NCBI RefSeq assembly: GCF_031769215.1 | Contig: NW_026782000.1 | Span: forward strand, 248,001 to 312,000 | Reading direction: 5' to 3' | Source: Ylistrum balloti | Taxonomy: Eukaryota | Length of the DNA stretch: 64,000 nucleotides | In this document: positions 52,310 to 64,000 of the stretch, piece by piece | Layout: the number at the start of each line of letters is the position of its first letter | Position numbering within the stretch: position 1 is the stretch's first letter | The notes under the pieces: generated by a model | Databases searched by the model: none | What the model saw: the letters and a program-made list of their open reading frames with translations, nothing else | Told to the model about the DNA's origin: nothing | Translations under genes and position numbers: made by a program

Positions 52310-52515
52310 TGTACAGTCACGTCCTCTTTTTGGAGGTTACACACGTCCTCTGTATGTGCACACACGTCCTCTGTATGTTCACACACGTCGTCTCTTTGTA
52401 GGTAACACGCGTCCTCTGTATGTACACACACGTCCTCTCTTTGGAGGTAACACACGTCCTCTGTATGTACACACACGCGTCCTCTGTATGTACACACACG
52501 CGTCCTCTTTTTGTA
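52310..52515. repeat. Composite ~19-21-bp minisatellite (ACACACGTCCTCTGTATGT / CCTCT(C)TTTGGAGGT(T/A)AC)
   Basis: Direct inspection; it accounts for the repetitive ORFs on both strands. Confidence 0.9.
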
Positions 52516-52734
52516 TCTAAGACACATTTGTCCTCCCTTTGTCGCAAATGTCCTCTCTTTTCATTCATTTTCAAATGATAATAATGAAGCATTTAAATTA
52601 CTTATGTTAAATGAAAATTATGTGGTGAGTATACCTTCCAAGCCCGTTGTTTGCAGTCATCAATTACTGTGATAATACCATTATATGTGAGTGCCCTTGG
52701 TTTACCTTTGGGAGCCAGGTCCTGACTTTGTATC

Positions 52735-53023
52735 NNNNNNNNNNNNNNNNNNNNNNNNNNNNNNNNNNNNNNNNNNNNNNNNNNNNNNNNNNNNNNNNNN
52801 NNNNNNNNNNNNNNNNNNNNNNNNNNNNNNNNNNNNNNNNNNNNNNNNNNNNNNNNNNNNNNNNNNNNNNNNNNNNNNNNNNNNNNNNNNNNNNNNNNNN
52901 NNNNNNNNNNNNNNNNNNNNNNNNNNNNNNNNNNNNNNNNNNNNNNNNNNNNNNNNNNNNNNNNNNNNNNNNNNNNNNNNNNNNNNNNNNNNNNNNNNNN
53001 NNNNNNNNNNNNNNNNNNNNNNN
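52735..53023. other. Assembly gap (289 N)
   Basis: Run of N; the X-containing ORFs spanning it are artefacts. Confidence 1.
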
Positions 53024-56000
53024 TGTATTATCAAACGTATCCGTCCTAGTCGTTGATGTTAGGTTTATCGTTACAGTAGTAAATTACAGCAGTGAGGTAA
53101 GACTTTACATATCTATTGATGCAGAGTCAGATTTTTCTTTTATATGTGTTCTGCTGACTGGCCAAAAACTTGTTTTAAGGATCTGAGTTCCAGTAAGGAA
53201 GTACCCAGTTATTACAGATATCATATCCGGATTATCCATCTTTGAGTGTTTTAATAAACAAATATCCATGTAATGCATACTTGAAGAACCATCATCGGTT
53301 TACGCGAATTTATTTCATTCTCGAAAAAGAATTTACGCTCGCGATAAGACGGACATTTCCATTTAAATTATTCAAAAGATCGATAAGGTATCATTGAAGA
53401 TGTGAGGTATGTAGGTTCCATAACTATTCGGTTAGTGTATATTATGAAGATGATGTCACAGCCGCCATGCGCTGTAGTGTTTTTCATCAGATGATATACT
53501 TCCACTCATTAAGATAGCATTTAACTGGCGTTTATGTTGTAACGAGAGGTAGCCACAAGCAATAAAGAGCAGATTCTGTCCCAAAATGACGCTTGATGTT
53601 GAATGGACGTTCAACTTGGCAGACAAGGAAATGATTTCCCGATATTACGATATTCCATGTAGATGTATAGATCACGTTCAATGGCTCAATGATTGTACAA
53701 AAGACAAACAAATTAACAGCACATTTTAATGAAAGTATAGTTAGCTACAGTAGAGCCAAACAATGAATTAAACTACATCATACAGCTGTTTTGTCCTTCT
53801 AGGAATCGTCAGTGAGACTAAGGGCTTATATGTTAAAGCTGGCCACTGAGCAAAAATAAAAGTAGTCGAAAAAATAATCAATATCTAGACTAAGAGATGC
53901 ACTAGTCCGGAAATTCTATAATGGTTGTAATTCTCTAAATTGATATTTTAAGAACAACGTAAATTACATGTATATCTTCCAAACCGTTCCATTATCAGTA
54001 TGAATGAAAACATGACTTGCAGCTTACGGTAGACCTCGGGAACTAATAGTTCACCAGCTGTATTAGGTGACAAACGAAGGAATATTTTCTTTCCTTCGTT
54101 TTCGTTTTTATATTGTCATTTTATACGCAGTTATGCATTTTTCTAAATATTTTTATTATGAAATCGAAACTACTTAACTTATTTTGTTATTTAATTGCTC
54201 GTCTCGGCTTAAACTTGATATTTAAAGAACAAAACGGGAACTTATCCGTTTGAATAGAAAAAAAACAAAGGAAATGCTGATATGTCAACAGATTCAAACT
54301 GACATTCGACAAAACTAAGGGAAAATATGAACGAAGAAAATTTTGTGAGTTTGTCAGTTTTCAACAGATGAAGATGATTATTTAAAGATACCATTTATTT
54401 CTACCCTATTGGGTTATGTCTGTCAGATCTCATCTCTCAGCTCTTAGAAAGAGGATAATTTCCCCTCTTTTTACAATATTGAATCCTCTTTACTTCAGGA
54501 CGCCTCAGGTCGAAACCAAGATATGCTTACATAGGAGAATAGGAAGGATTTTACACAATTTCCCAATCCTTCAGAACGGGGCCGAAACCCACCGTTTATA
54601 ACTGTTGCTAGAAAAGACGACAAGGACCCTGGAATCACTACTATATATATAAACTTTCCCCACTGCCTCTGACCAAACAAGTATTGGTTCAAAACCCACA
54701 TGGTTTTTTATGACTTGTGACTTTAAGGAAAAGGTGTCATCACTGATATTGTTGAAACGGCTAGAATTGTACACTTTTGTGAGCGTGGTTTAAGCGTAGT
54801 GAGGACAAATATTGAAATTTACACTTGTGAACGTTGCATAAACGTTACAACATTGGAACTTTGAATGCATTTACACAATATAAACAATCTAACGAAGAAA
54901 TCTACACCCATTATCAACAAACAAACAAAAAAAAAATGCACGTATCACATCATTTTCGGCTTGATTGGTGAACCATATCAAGGTGCATCACAAAAGAAAA
55001 CTATGTGTATGCGATATCTTCATGCAAACGGTAAACTGCACACATATATGCAGTAGAGATGATACCATTTTGTAAATAAATGGTGTTTCAGCAGAACCCA
55101 AGCATCTAATTCGGAACGACGGTGTATCAAATAGTGTTTCTAAATAAACTGATGACCTGATTTTTTATTTCACTGTTTTCGCTCTGTTAATCCTCGAGTA
55201 CGAGTTAAATAAAAAGTTAGATTTATAACAGTTATCGAAACGTATCTCCAAATCCCACTATGTTTGTATTTTCGATCGGTGGTAATGTAATATTTGAAAT
55301 GTAATTCAAACTTATGTTAAATAAAGTAGGTGACATTATCAGATTTGAATGCAATTTAAAGTAATGAATTGTGAAATTAAATAAACGGTGTAAGTGTGGG
55401 TGGGTGGGTTGTAGGGGTGGTGTGTGTTTATGTGTGTTATGTAATCTGATTTGAATGTAATTAAACCTGATGTTTAATAAAAAAAAAAAAGGTGGGGGGA
55501 GGGGGGGTTAAGTAATCAGATTGAAATGCAATTTAAAGCAATAAAAGGTGATGTTAAATAAATAAGGGGATGGGGGTGTAATGTGAGGGGAGGTGGAAGG
55601 AGGGGTAGGTTATGTAATCAGATTTGACTGTAATTAAACTTATGTTAAATAGGACGTAATCTCTGATGCAGTTCCTGCTGTCAAACAAATTTGATTTAAG
55701 AAATACAAAAGAACTGAAAACTACAAGTCAAGGACGTAAATAAGGCCTATAGTTGGTGTTCATCTACTTCCCGGTTGTGATTATTCCTTAATATATCAGT
55801 ATCACAAAGGAAGGTGAAACAGATATAATTTAGATTTACTATTGATACAATGCATAAATGTTTTTTTTAAACTTACGTGTAGCAACAGATGACGTTCTGT
55901 CCATTCGAACGTTTTACAAGAAGGCGATGACCAATTGTGCATTCACAAAATGGCTGACTCTCTCCACGGTGTCGGCGAAATCAAGACGATGTCTTATATA

Positions 56001-56359
56001 TAGATACTGATTGTGAGAAAGTGAAACACTTCCGCTACTGCGTAGTTCTTCCTTATACATCAGTAGGTAAACAGCGAGAAAAAGTGGTTATAGAATAAAT
56101 ATATGTAATAAATATTACGAGTTATAATTTTGAATAGAATATGTCGTAAATATCGTTAATCAATGATGGAAAATCCAGGTCTATAGTCAACAATGTCGAC
56201 GATAGGAGAGTATTTTTAATTCAGCGGGAAATGTAGTAAAGATAGAAAAATATAAGTCAAATGATAATAATTATAATTAATTTAACTATTTAACAAGAGT
56301 ACTAGCACAAAATAGATCACAACTAATAACGACTAAAATTACATATATACAATACAATA

Positions 56360-58110
56360 TCACACACATACCCGATCTTCATGTATTGAACCAACTCTCA
56401 CGCACAAACTCACTCTCAAACACATACCTACCCTAACATCAATACCCAATCTCTCACACACACACTCTCACACGAACCAACTATAATACTAATGCACCTT
56501 CAAACTCTCAAAAACGCATGCCCAATTTAACACTAAAAACCACTCTCATACACACCCTCACACACATACCTAATCTAACACTAATACCAACTCTAACGCA
56601 TACACCTACACTCACACACAAAACCAATCTGACACTAATACTCTCCCTTATACACATAGCCACCCTGACACACATACCCACCTGACACACATACTCACCC
56701 TTATACACATAGCCACCTAACACACATACCCACCCTGGCACACATATCCACTCTAACACTTATACCCACTCTTGTACACATACCAACCCTGACACACATA
56801 CCCACCCTGACACACAAACCCTACCTGACACACATACCCACCCTGACACACATACCCACTCTAACACACATACCCAACCTGACACACATACCCACCCTAA
56901 CACCCATACTCACCCTGACACACATACCCACCCTGACACACATACCCACCCTGACACACATACACACCCTAACACCCATACTCACCCTGACACACATACC
57001 CACCCTGATACACATACCCACACTGACACACATACCCACCCTGACACACATACCCACCCTAACACACATAATCACACTGACACACATACCCATCCTGACA
57101 CACAAACCCATCCTGACACACATAACCACACTGACACATAGCCACTCTAAAACTAATATCCATCATCATACACATACCCACCCTGACACACAAACCCATA
57201 CTCACACACATAACCAACCTGACACACATACCCACCCTTACACCCATACTCACCCTGACACACATATACCCACACTGACACACATAGCCACCCATATCCA
57301 CTCTACACACATACCCACACCCTGACACACATACCCACCCTGACACACACACATACCCACACCCTGACACACACTAACACATATACTAACACACTCTTGT
57401 ACACACCAACCCTGACACACACACATACACACACCCTGACACACATACCCACCCTGACACACCTGACACACATACCCACCCTGACACACATACACACCCT
57501 GACACACATACCCAACCTGACACACATACCCACCCTAACACCCATACTCACCCTGACACACATACCCACCCTGACACACATACCCACTCTAACACACATA
57601 CCCAACCTGACACACATACCCACCCTAACACCCATACTCACCCTGACACACATACCTACCCTGACACACATACCCACACTGCCACACATAGCCACCCATA
57701 TCCAGACTCACTTACACTCTTTTATACCCAACCCTGACACACATACCCACCCTGACACACATACCCACACTGACACACATAGCCACCCATATCCACTCTA
57801 ACACTTATACCCACTCTTGTACACATACCAACCCTGACACACATACCCACCCTGACACACATACCCACACTGACACACATAGCCACCCATATCCACTCTA
57901 ACACTTATACCCACTCTTGTACACATACCAACCCTGACACACATACCCCACACACTGACACATACCATGACACACATAGACACACACCCATATCCACTAC
58001 ACATACCAACCCTGACACACTAACACTTATGACACACATACCCACACTGACACACATTGTACACATACCAACCCTGACACACATACCAACCCTGAACATC
58101 TCATACACAG
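56360..58110. repeat. CA-rich 18-bp minisatellite (ACACACATACCCACCCTG)n
   Basis: Dozens of copies with variants; it accounts for the VGMCVR / THIPTL ORFs. A remnant lies at 60260-60370. Confidence 0.95.
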
Positions 58111-58149
58111 TTTGCTCTGTTTAATCATCTATTTATTTCTCTACCCAAT

Positions 58150-59460
58150 CCTGACAACACAAATCTTAAGAGAATTATTCAAAATTATGCAAATAGGGGT
58201 TTGAAAATGGTTTATCTGACAGCCTATTTACACTCACTGAAATTTACCTGGATACGAGGTCTTTTTCACAATATTGAGAAATGGCAATTTATATCAAAGA
58301 CTTAGATCAATTGAGATCTTCTAGCAAATTGTGGTAGTGAATATATTGATACGTGTAGTAAGAAATGTAAAAATGATTTTTGAGGGACGTCCTTAAATCC
58401 TGGTATGTTTTGAATACTAAGTACTATGTCAAAGTTTATTAATGAGCAGATACTAAGAGTACCTGTTTGGTACAACAGTAAAATAAAGATGGGGAAGAAC
58501 TATTTTTCATAAAGAATTTCATGAGAAAAGCATTGTTGTAATAAATGACTTAATTAAAGATGACAACACTGGTTCATTCTATACATTTGCTGAATTTACT
58601 CATAAATATCATGTCAATACAAACTTTTTAAGATATCAGGGCCTTATTTCGTCACTAAAGAAATTCATTTCTTCAAATAATATACATGTTCATGAGCTTA
58701 ACTTAACTCATCCCTACATACATTAACTTAGAGCTTCTTCTTAGAGATTAAAAAAAAAAAGGTTCTAAAAGGTTCTATGACACTTTGATCAAATTTGACC
58801 TGACTTCATCAGGTACCAAGAAGTGGAATACAGTATTTGATGATATAGACAAACCAACACGGAATATTTTCTGTAAGTTAACATTTATTGTAACTAATAA
58901 TACAAAACTTCAATGGTTTCAGTACAGGGTTGTCCATCATAGTTTAGCAACAAACCCATGCTTGTTTAAAATTATGTTAGTTATCTCCCCTTTGTGTGTT
59001 TTCTGAAACAGAAACAATTATCCACTTATTATGGGAATGTCAGGAGGTGCAAAAATTACTAAATAGCTTTGAAACACTACTAGATGCATTGTTAATCCCC
59101 TTTCAATGAACAAAAAATCTTTAATTTTAGGGTTAATTCATCGGAATTACCTTCCAAGCAATTTTGAGGACCATGTGGTAGATTAGCCTTTGGCTAAACA
59201 TGTATTATCCTCTTTAAATAAAGTCTATTATTGTTATTATTATTATCATTATTAAGCAATCGAGTAGATAATGAGATTATCATAATCATTAAGGAATATA
59301 TTTATAAAATGAGATGCCTGCATAGCTCCCTTAATATAAATGCCCTTGTAAATACAATTAAAGCAATTATACAGTTAAAAATGTATTGCCTATGGTAAAG
59401 ATGACATAGTTCAATCTAAATTTGAAAAAGAATGGAAAAAATGGGAAAGGCTTATTAATC
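58150..59460 (+). mobile_element. L1/Tx1-clade LINE 3' remnant (zf-RVT region)
   Basis: TKLQWFQYRVVHHSLATN..L.K....SPLC.F followed, after a frameshift, by ETIIHLLWEC; otherwise heavily stop-ridden. Confidence 0.75.
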
Positions 59461-59829
59461 TTTAATAAACTTTTCATATGCACCCTAGCTCTCTATTTCT
59501 GCTTTCCTCTCCATACTTATGTTTGTGCTTTTATTTTTATTTGAAATATCTATATTTATACAAATATGTTAGTCCTTCATATAGCCGATATTATATGTTC
59601 TATAGCTTGACAATTTTTTCTCATTTTTCAATTTATCTTTGCAGACACAGACTTCTTGTTTCATCATCTCTCCTAACCCTTTTTTCTCTTTTTCCCTCTT
59701 TCTCTTACCTCTCTAATCTCCTTTGTTTCCCGAAGTTTCTTTCTCTTTTCCTAATCTTTGCCTCTTTCATTCTCACAAAAATAAACAAATACAAAGTCCT
59801 TCATGACGCATTGACTTGTGTGTTTACTG

Positions 59830-60130
59830 ATAAATGGGTGTAGATACATGCATGTATGTATGTTCACATGTATGTTTTACATGTGCTTCCATATATTTAT
59901 GATGTAAGTTTGCATGCATGTACATACAATGTATGTAGTATACATATGTTTGTGTACAAATAGGTATGTTCGTACATGTGTAAGAATGTAAATGAGTGTA
60001 TGTATGTATTGTTTGTGTGTATACATACATGTATATATGTAAGTGTATGTATATGTCTGCATGTAAGCATGTACATATGTACTACATATATGTGTGTGTG
60101 TGTGTGTGTATTTATTGGTGTGTACCTGGG
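59830..60130. repeat. TG/TATG-rich microsatellite
   Basis: Direct inspection. Confidence 0.9.
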
Positions 60131-60934
60131 TGTGTATCTGTATAAAGTCTCACAATTTAAATATGTAGTTGTGTTCTCGTGCATGTGTCTGTAAGCGTAT
60201 GTTTATTTTTATTCATGTATCTATCGTACATTGTATTGAATAAAAAGATAAGTTTAAAAAAAATCATACACATACTCACCCTGAAACTTATACCCACTGT
60301 AACACTAATATCCACCCTCATACACGTTCAGATCAGTATACACATACCCACCCTGACACACATTTTCACTTTTACACTTAATGATAGTCTAACCAGGATA
60401 TATCTTCCGCGTATAACCAGTAGGGTCTCCCTGAACACCAACTCTGCCTATGACAACATGTTTACTTATGAGGTCAGTTGTAATGATAGTGAGTTATAGT
60501 CTGGTGCAGAATTGTGTACAGGTAAATTGTACAGGTAAATCAGATAATCAAGTTCTGATCACTGTTCAGAAAACTGTTAATAACTGTAAAATAAAGGAAT
60601 CAAATATATTTGTTTAAACTGTTCCAATCCCAAGCTGTTCAATAGGAAATGTATAAAAGCCCAGTATATTTTGGAGAATTATCATATTTCAATCTGCACT
60701 TTGAAGCATCAATTTCTCATTGCTTGATTTATTACTTTTGTCACACAGATATTAGTTAATCTTGTACTTTTTCTGTTTAGTGTACTTTCGATAACTTTTG
60801 TGATATACATTACTTAATCTTTTCAGCTTAGTGTAAAGTGTGTTTAATTTGAGTGATATCATTATTTGTGTGGTTTGATACAAGTACAGGATGACTAAAG
60901 CTCATATCAACCAACCAGTGTTGTAGCCAAACAG

Positions 60935-61223
60935 AGGAACCCCGGACTACCAACCATCTTGAAGCTTGGCAGGGAAACTGAATAAGAAGATACTGCATGT
61001 CCATCCCAACATCTACACCATAAACCAGACGCTTAAGGACATACAGAACATAAATGACAACAGCCGGATTCAGAGAGATGCAGGAGGCACCATTCAGCCA
61101 CGGAAGAAGAAATACGCCAACATTGACAGACGCCTGACCACATTGAAGGACTGTTATCAGACTGGGACGATCGACCTGATGACCGCTGCTGATTCAGCAT
61201 CCGAACATCTCCATCTTGGATAG
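60935..61223 (+). mobile_element. Mutator-like (MULE) transposase C-terminal remnant
   Basis: PRTTNHLEAW[fs]KLNKKI...HPNIY..I..LK..Q....R.....G...PRKKKY..ID.RL..L...Y resembles the RTNNxxEGWHxxLN...HPNIY block of animal MULEs. Confidence 0.6.
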
Positions 61224-62959
61224 AGTGTTTTGTGAGTCAGTGCTAATTCAGCTTCATTTAGGGGTTTACTGTTTATTTCAAATAATAGTGTATTTTAGTG
61301 CTAAATGTGCATATTGATTCACTATTACATATATAAATATAAATTCAATTTAATCGCTGACATCAGTTTATCAATGTGACTTGATGAATTTTATTTATTA
61401 ATTCAACATTATCTGACATAAAAATAATTAAATAATGAATAATATTTGATGTTTTATAATACTTTTGTATGCTAAAAATTGTGTTACAATCATGTAAAAC
61501 AAATAGAAACTTTATCTTTTTCATTATTGATATGTAATTATCCTATTTACAAAATAAGTTGACATTCTTAGTTGAAACAGATTCCCTATATAAACACCTT
61601 CCTTTCATGTTGGCAGAGTTGGTGTTCGGGGAATGATCTTATTCAGCCTGGTAAGGGTAACTGACTCTGTTTATTTAACTGATTTGTTTCTTCGAAGATT
61701 GATTATATAGGTTTTTTAATTCTTACCTAATCAGATACCAAACACACACACGGAACATGCCTTCTATAGATTAGATCACATATGCTTTAAACGTCCATAT
61801 TTTTGCCATAATCTTACTCGTTCGCACCGTAACAATTACATTGAAGTATGATTATTTATCTATTGTTATTGTCGCGCGAATTCATCACTACATTTATTTG
61901 CTAGAAAGTGATTACACGGTAAAATATGAATGATTCAGTATATTTACAGTAGATGGAAAACTGTTCCAATGCTATGTCAAATGAAAACCATTGATTTTAT
62001 ATACTGCTAAAACAAGGGGCTTTCACATTAACACCTAACCAGACAAGTCACACAACACAAATTATCAATTCCGTTCTATAAAACTCTCTACGGTATCCTG
62101 TTCTATAGACACTGTAATGTTGACACGTTCTGCTCTGTTGACCAACCCGTCAGTGACGGAAATAATTAAAGTGCTATATTTACGCTTAACAGGGGAAGCC
62201 ATGAACCTTATCTTATAGACGTGGTAATTGTCCTGTGTTTAACCACTAGCACTGTAAGAATTTATTTTGAGGGTGTACATAGATTATGTTTGACACGAAT
62301 AAGAATCTTGACAATTGTTTGTAAACTAACATCACATTCAAATATTCATTTGTTAAGAATGTTGTAATAAATGATATCTTTAAAATAATTGTGGTCGGGT
62401 TGCGTAAGGTGACGAACTCGTCTTTCTCCAAGACGTCCGGCGTAAAATTACAGGAACTGATATGGAAAGATATAGGCCACCAGCCCGAGGACTCCAGTTT
62501 ACTTAACAGGAACAACTTTCCTCACAAGAACGATTGATGTAAGTCGACAGAACATGCTTTGCAATTGTGTTAAAATAGATAAAGTTTTTTTATTTAATTC
62601 TTCTTCAACATTTTTTTTCACACCGAAAAAACATTTTTATAAGCATAGAAATAAATTGACCACAGAACTGTTTCTAATGAAAATTATTGGTCAAATTTGT
62701 AGCGGAACTGAATACCAATTTATTTTATTTTAAAATATTTGTATAAACTCTAAATTACATGTGAAGTAGTTGAAATTCTATGACATTAATAAGTAAAATC
62801 ATGATTCAAGAGGACCAGTTACTGAGGGAAATAGATATAGAACAATGTCATGTCTTCACGGTTTGCTGTTTAAATGATCAATAACAAGTTAAAAAGTACA
62901 AAATGTATTCCTTCAAAAGTCAGCAACGTGTAAAAAAGCCCTGAGAGACAAATGTTAAT

Positions 62960-64000
62960 AAACAGTGATCACAACACTATTTACACCATCAGTCATCACT
63001 ACACTATTTACAACATCTGTCATCACAACACTATTTACATCATCAGTCATCACTACACTATTTACCCCACTACACTATTTACACTATCAGTCATCAATAT
63101 ACTATTTACACTATCAGTCATCACAACACTATTTACACCATCAGTCATCACTACACTATTTACACCATTTGTCATCACTGTACTATTTACATCATCAGTC
63201 ATCACTACACTATTTACCCCATCTGTCATCACTACACTATTTACACCATCTGTCATCACTACACTATTTACACCAAGAGCCATCACTACACTATTTATCC
63301 CATCTGTCATCACTACACTATTTACACCATCAGTCATCACTACACTATATACATCATCAGTCATCACTACACTATTTACAACATCTGTCATCACTACACT
63401 ATTTACATCATCAGTCACCACTACACTATTTATACCATCAGTCATCACTAGACTATTTACACCATCTGTCTGTCACGTCGTATGTATGTATATGTTGTTG
63501 TCTACGTTCGATATTTTCGTTATCCCTGTCGAGCGACCGTGCTTGTGCGTGTGACCAGGTGAGTGGGAGTTCATGGAGGTCGCGTGAATTTCGCATGCGG
63601 TTGTTTACGGGTTATTTACCCCATCTGTCATCACTGTACTATTTACATCATCAGTCATCACTAGACTATTTACATCATCAGTCATCACTACACTATTTAC
63701 CCCATCTGTCATCACTACACTATTTACACCATCAGTCATCACTACACAATTTACACCATTTGTCATCACTGTACTATTTACATCATCAGTCATCACTACA
63801 CAATTTACACCATCTGTCATCACTACACTATTTACACCATCTGTCATCACTACACTATTTACACCAACAGCCATCACTACACTATTTATCCCATCTATCA
63901 TCACTACACTATTTACACCATCAGTCATCACTACAATATATACATCATCAGTCATCACTACACTATTTACACCATCTGTCATCACTACACTATTTACATC
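62960..64000. repeat. 27-bp minisatellite (CACTACACTATTTACACCATC(A/T)GTCAT)n, interrupted at 63471-63612
   Basis: The unit length is a multiple of 3, which gives the stop-free TLFTPSVIT / VVMTDGVNS ORFs. The array runs off the window end. Confidence 0.95.

Noticed and set aside
56508-58108. Cys/Val/Gly-rich repeat ORFs that look like keratin-associated or metallothionein-type proteins
   Set aside because: Translations of a CA-rich 18-bp minisatellite, open in several frames on both strands.
62280-62540. LRR/Toll-like-looking peptide on + (LRKVTNSSFSKTSGVKLQELIW)
   Set aside because: Short, flanked by stops, consensus match weak; would need an HMMER LRR hit.
62952-63985. Mucin-like Thr/Val-rich ORFs (200, 128 and 126 aa)
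   Set aside because: By-products of a 27-bp minisatellite, open on both strands, with no signal peptide or exon boundaries.

Overview
AT-rich, intron-containing animal DNA. It is probably molluscan or bivalve, inferred from the Penelope-like, Sola-like and Tx1-like repeats and the single-exon TRIM-NHL gene. Gene content: a dynein light chain LC8 gene (-) head-to-head with an SRSF1/SRSF9-type SR splicing factor (+); a second, convergent SRSF1-like paralog (-); two divergent 4-exon FABP paralogs; a decayed TRIM pseudogene (+) facing its intact RING/B-box/B-box/coiled-coil/NHL-like paralog (-); and a 4-exon SET-domain (KMT5A-like) gene with one homopolymer frameshift. The rest is transposon debris (LINE, Tc1, Sola2-like, MITEs, MULE, Tx1), minisatellites and one 289-nt N gap. 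Main observations: (1) the two SR paralogs differ at about half of their synonymous sites yet share about 1.5 kb of alignable intron 1, including a 61-nt perfectly identical block that is a branchpoint/polypyrimidine/CAG 3' splice site followed by a premature stop in both genes (candidate conserved poison-exon autoregulation); (2) the DYNLL-SRSF head-to-head pair mirrors the vertebrate DYNLL1-SRSF9 and DYNLL2-SRSF1 arrangement; (3) three consecutive inverted paralog pairs lie within 44 kb. All alignments and counts were done by hand; no database searches were run.
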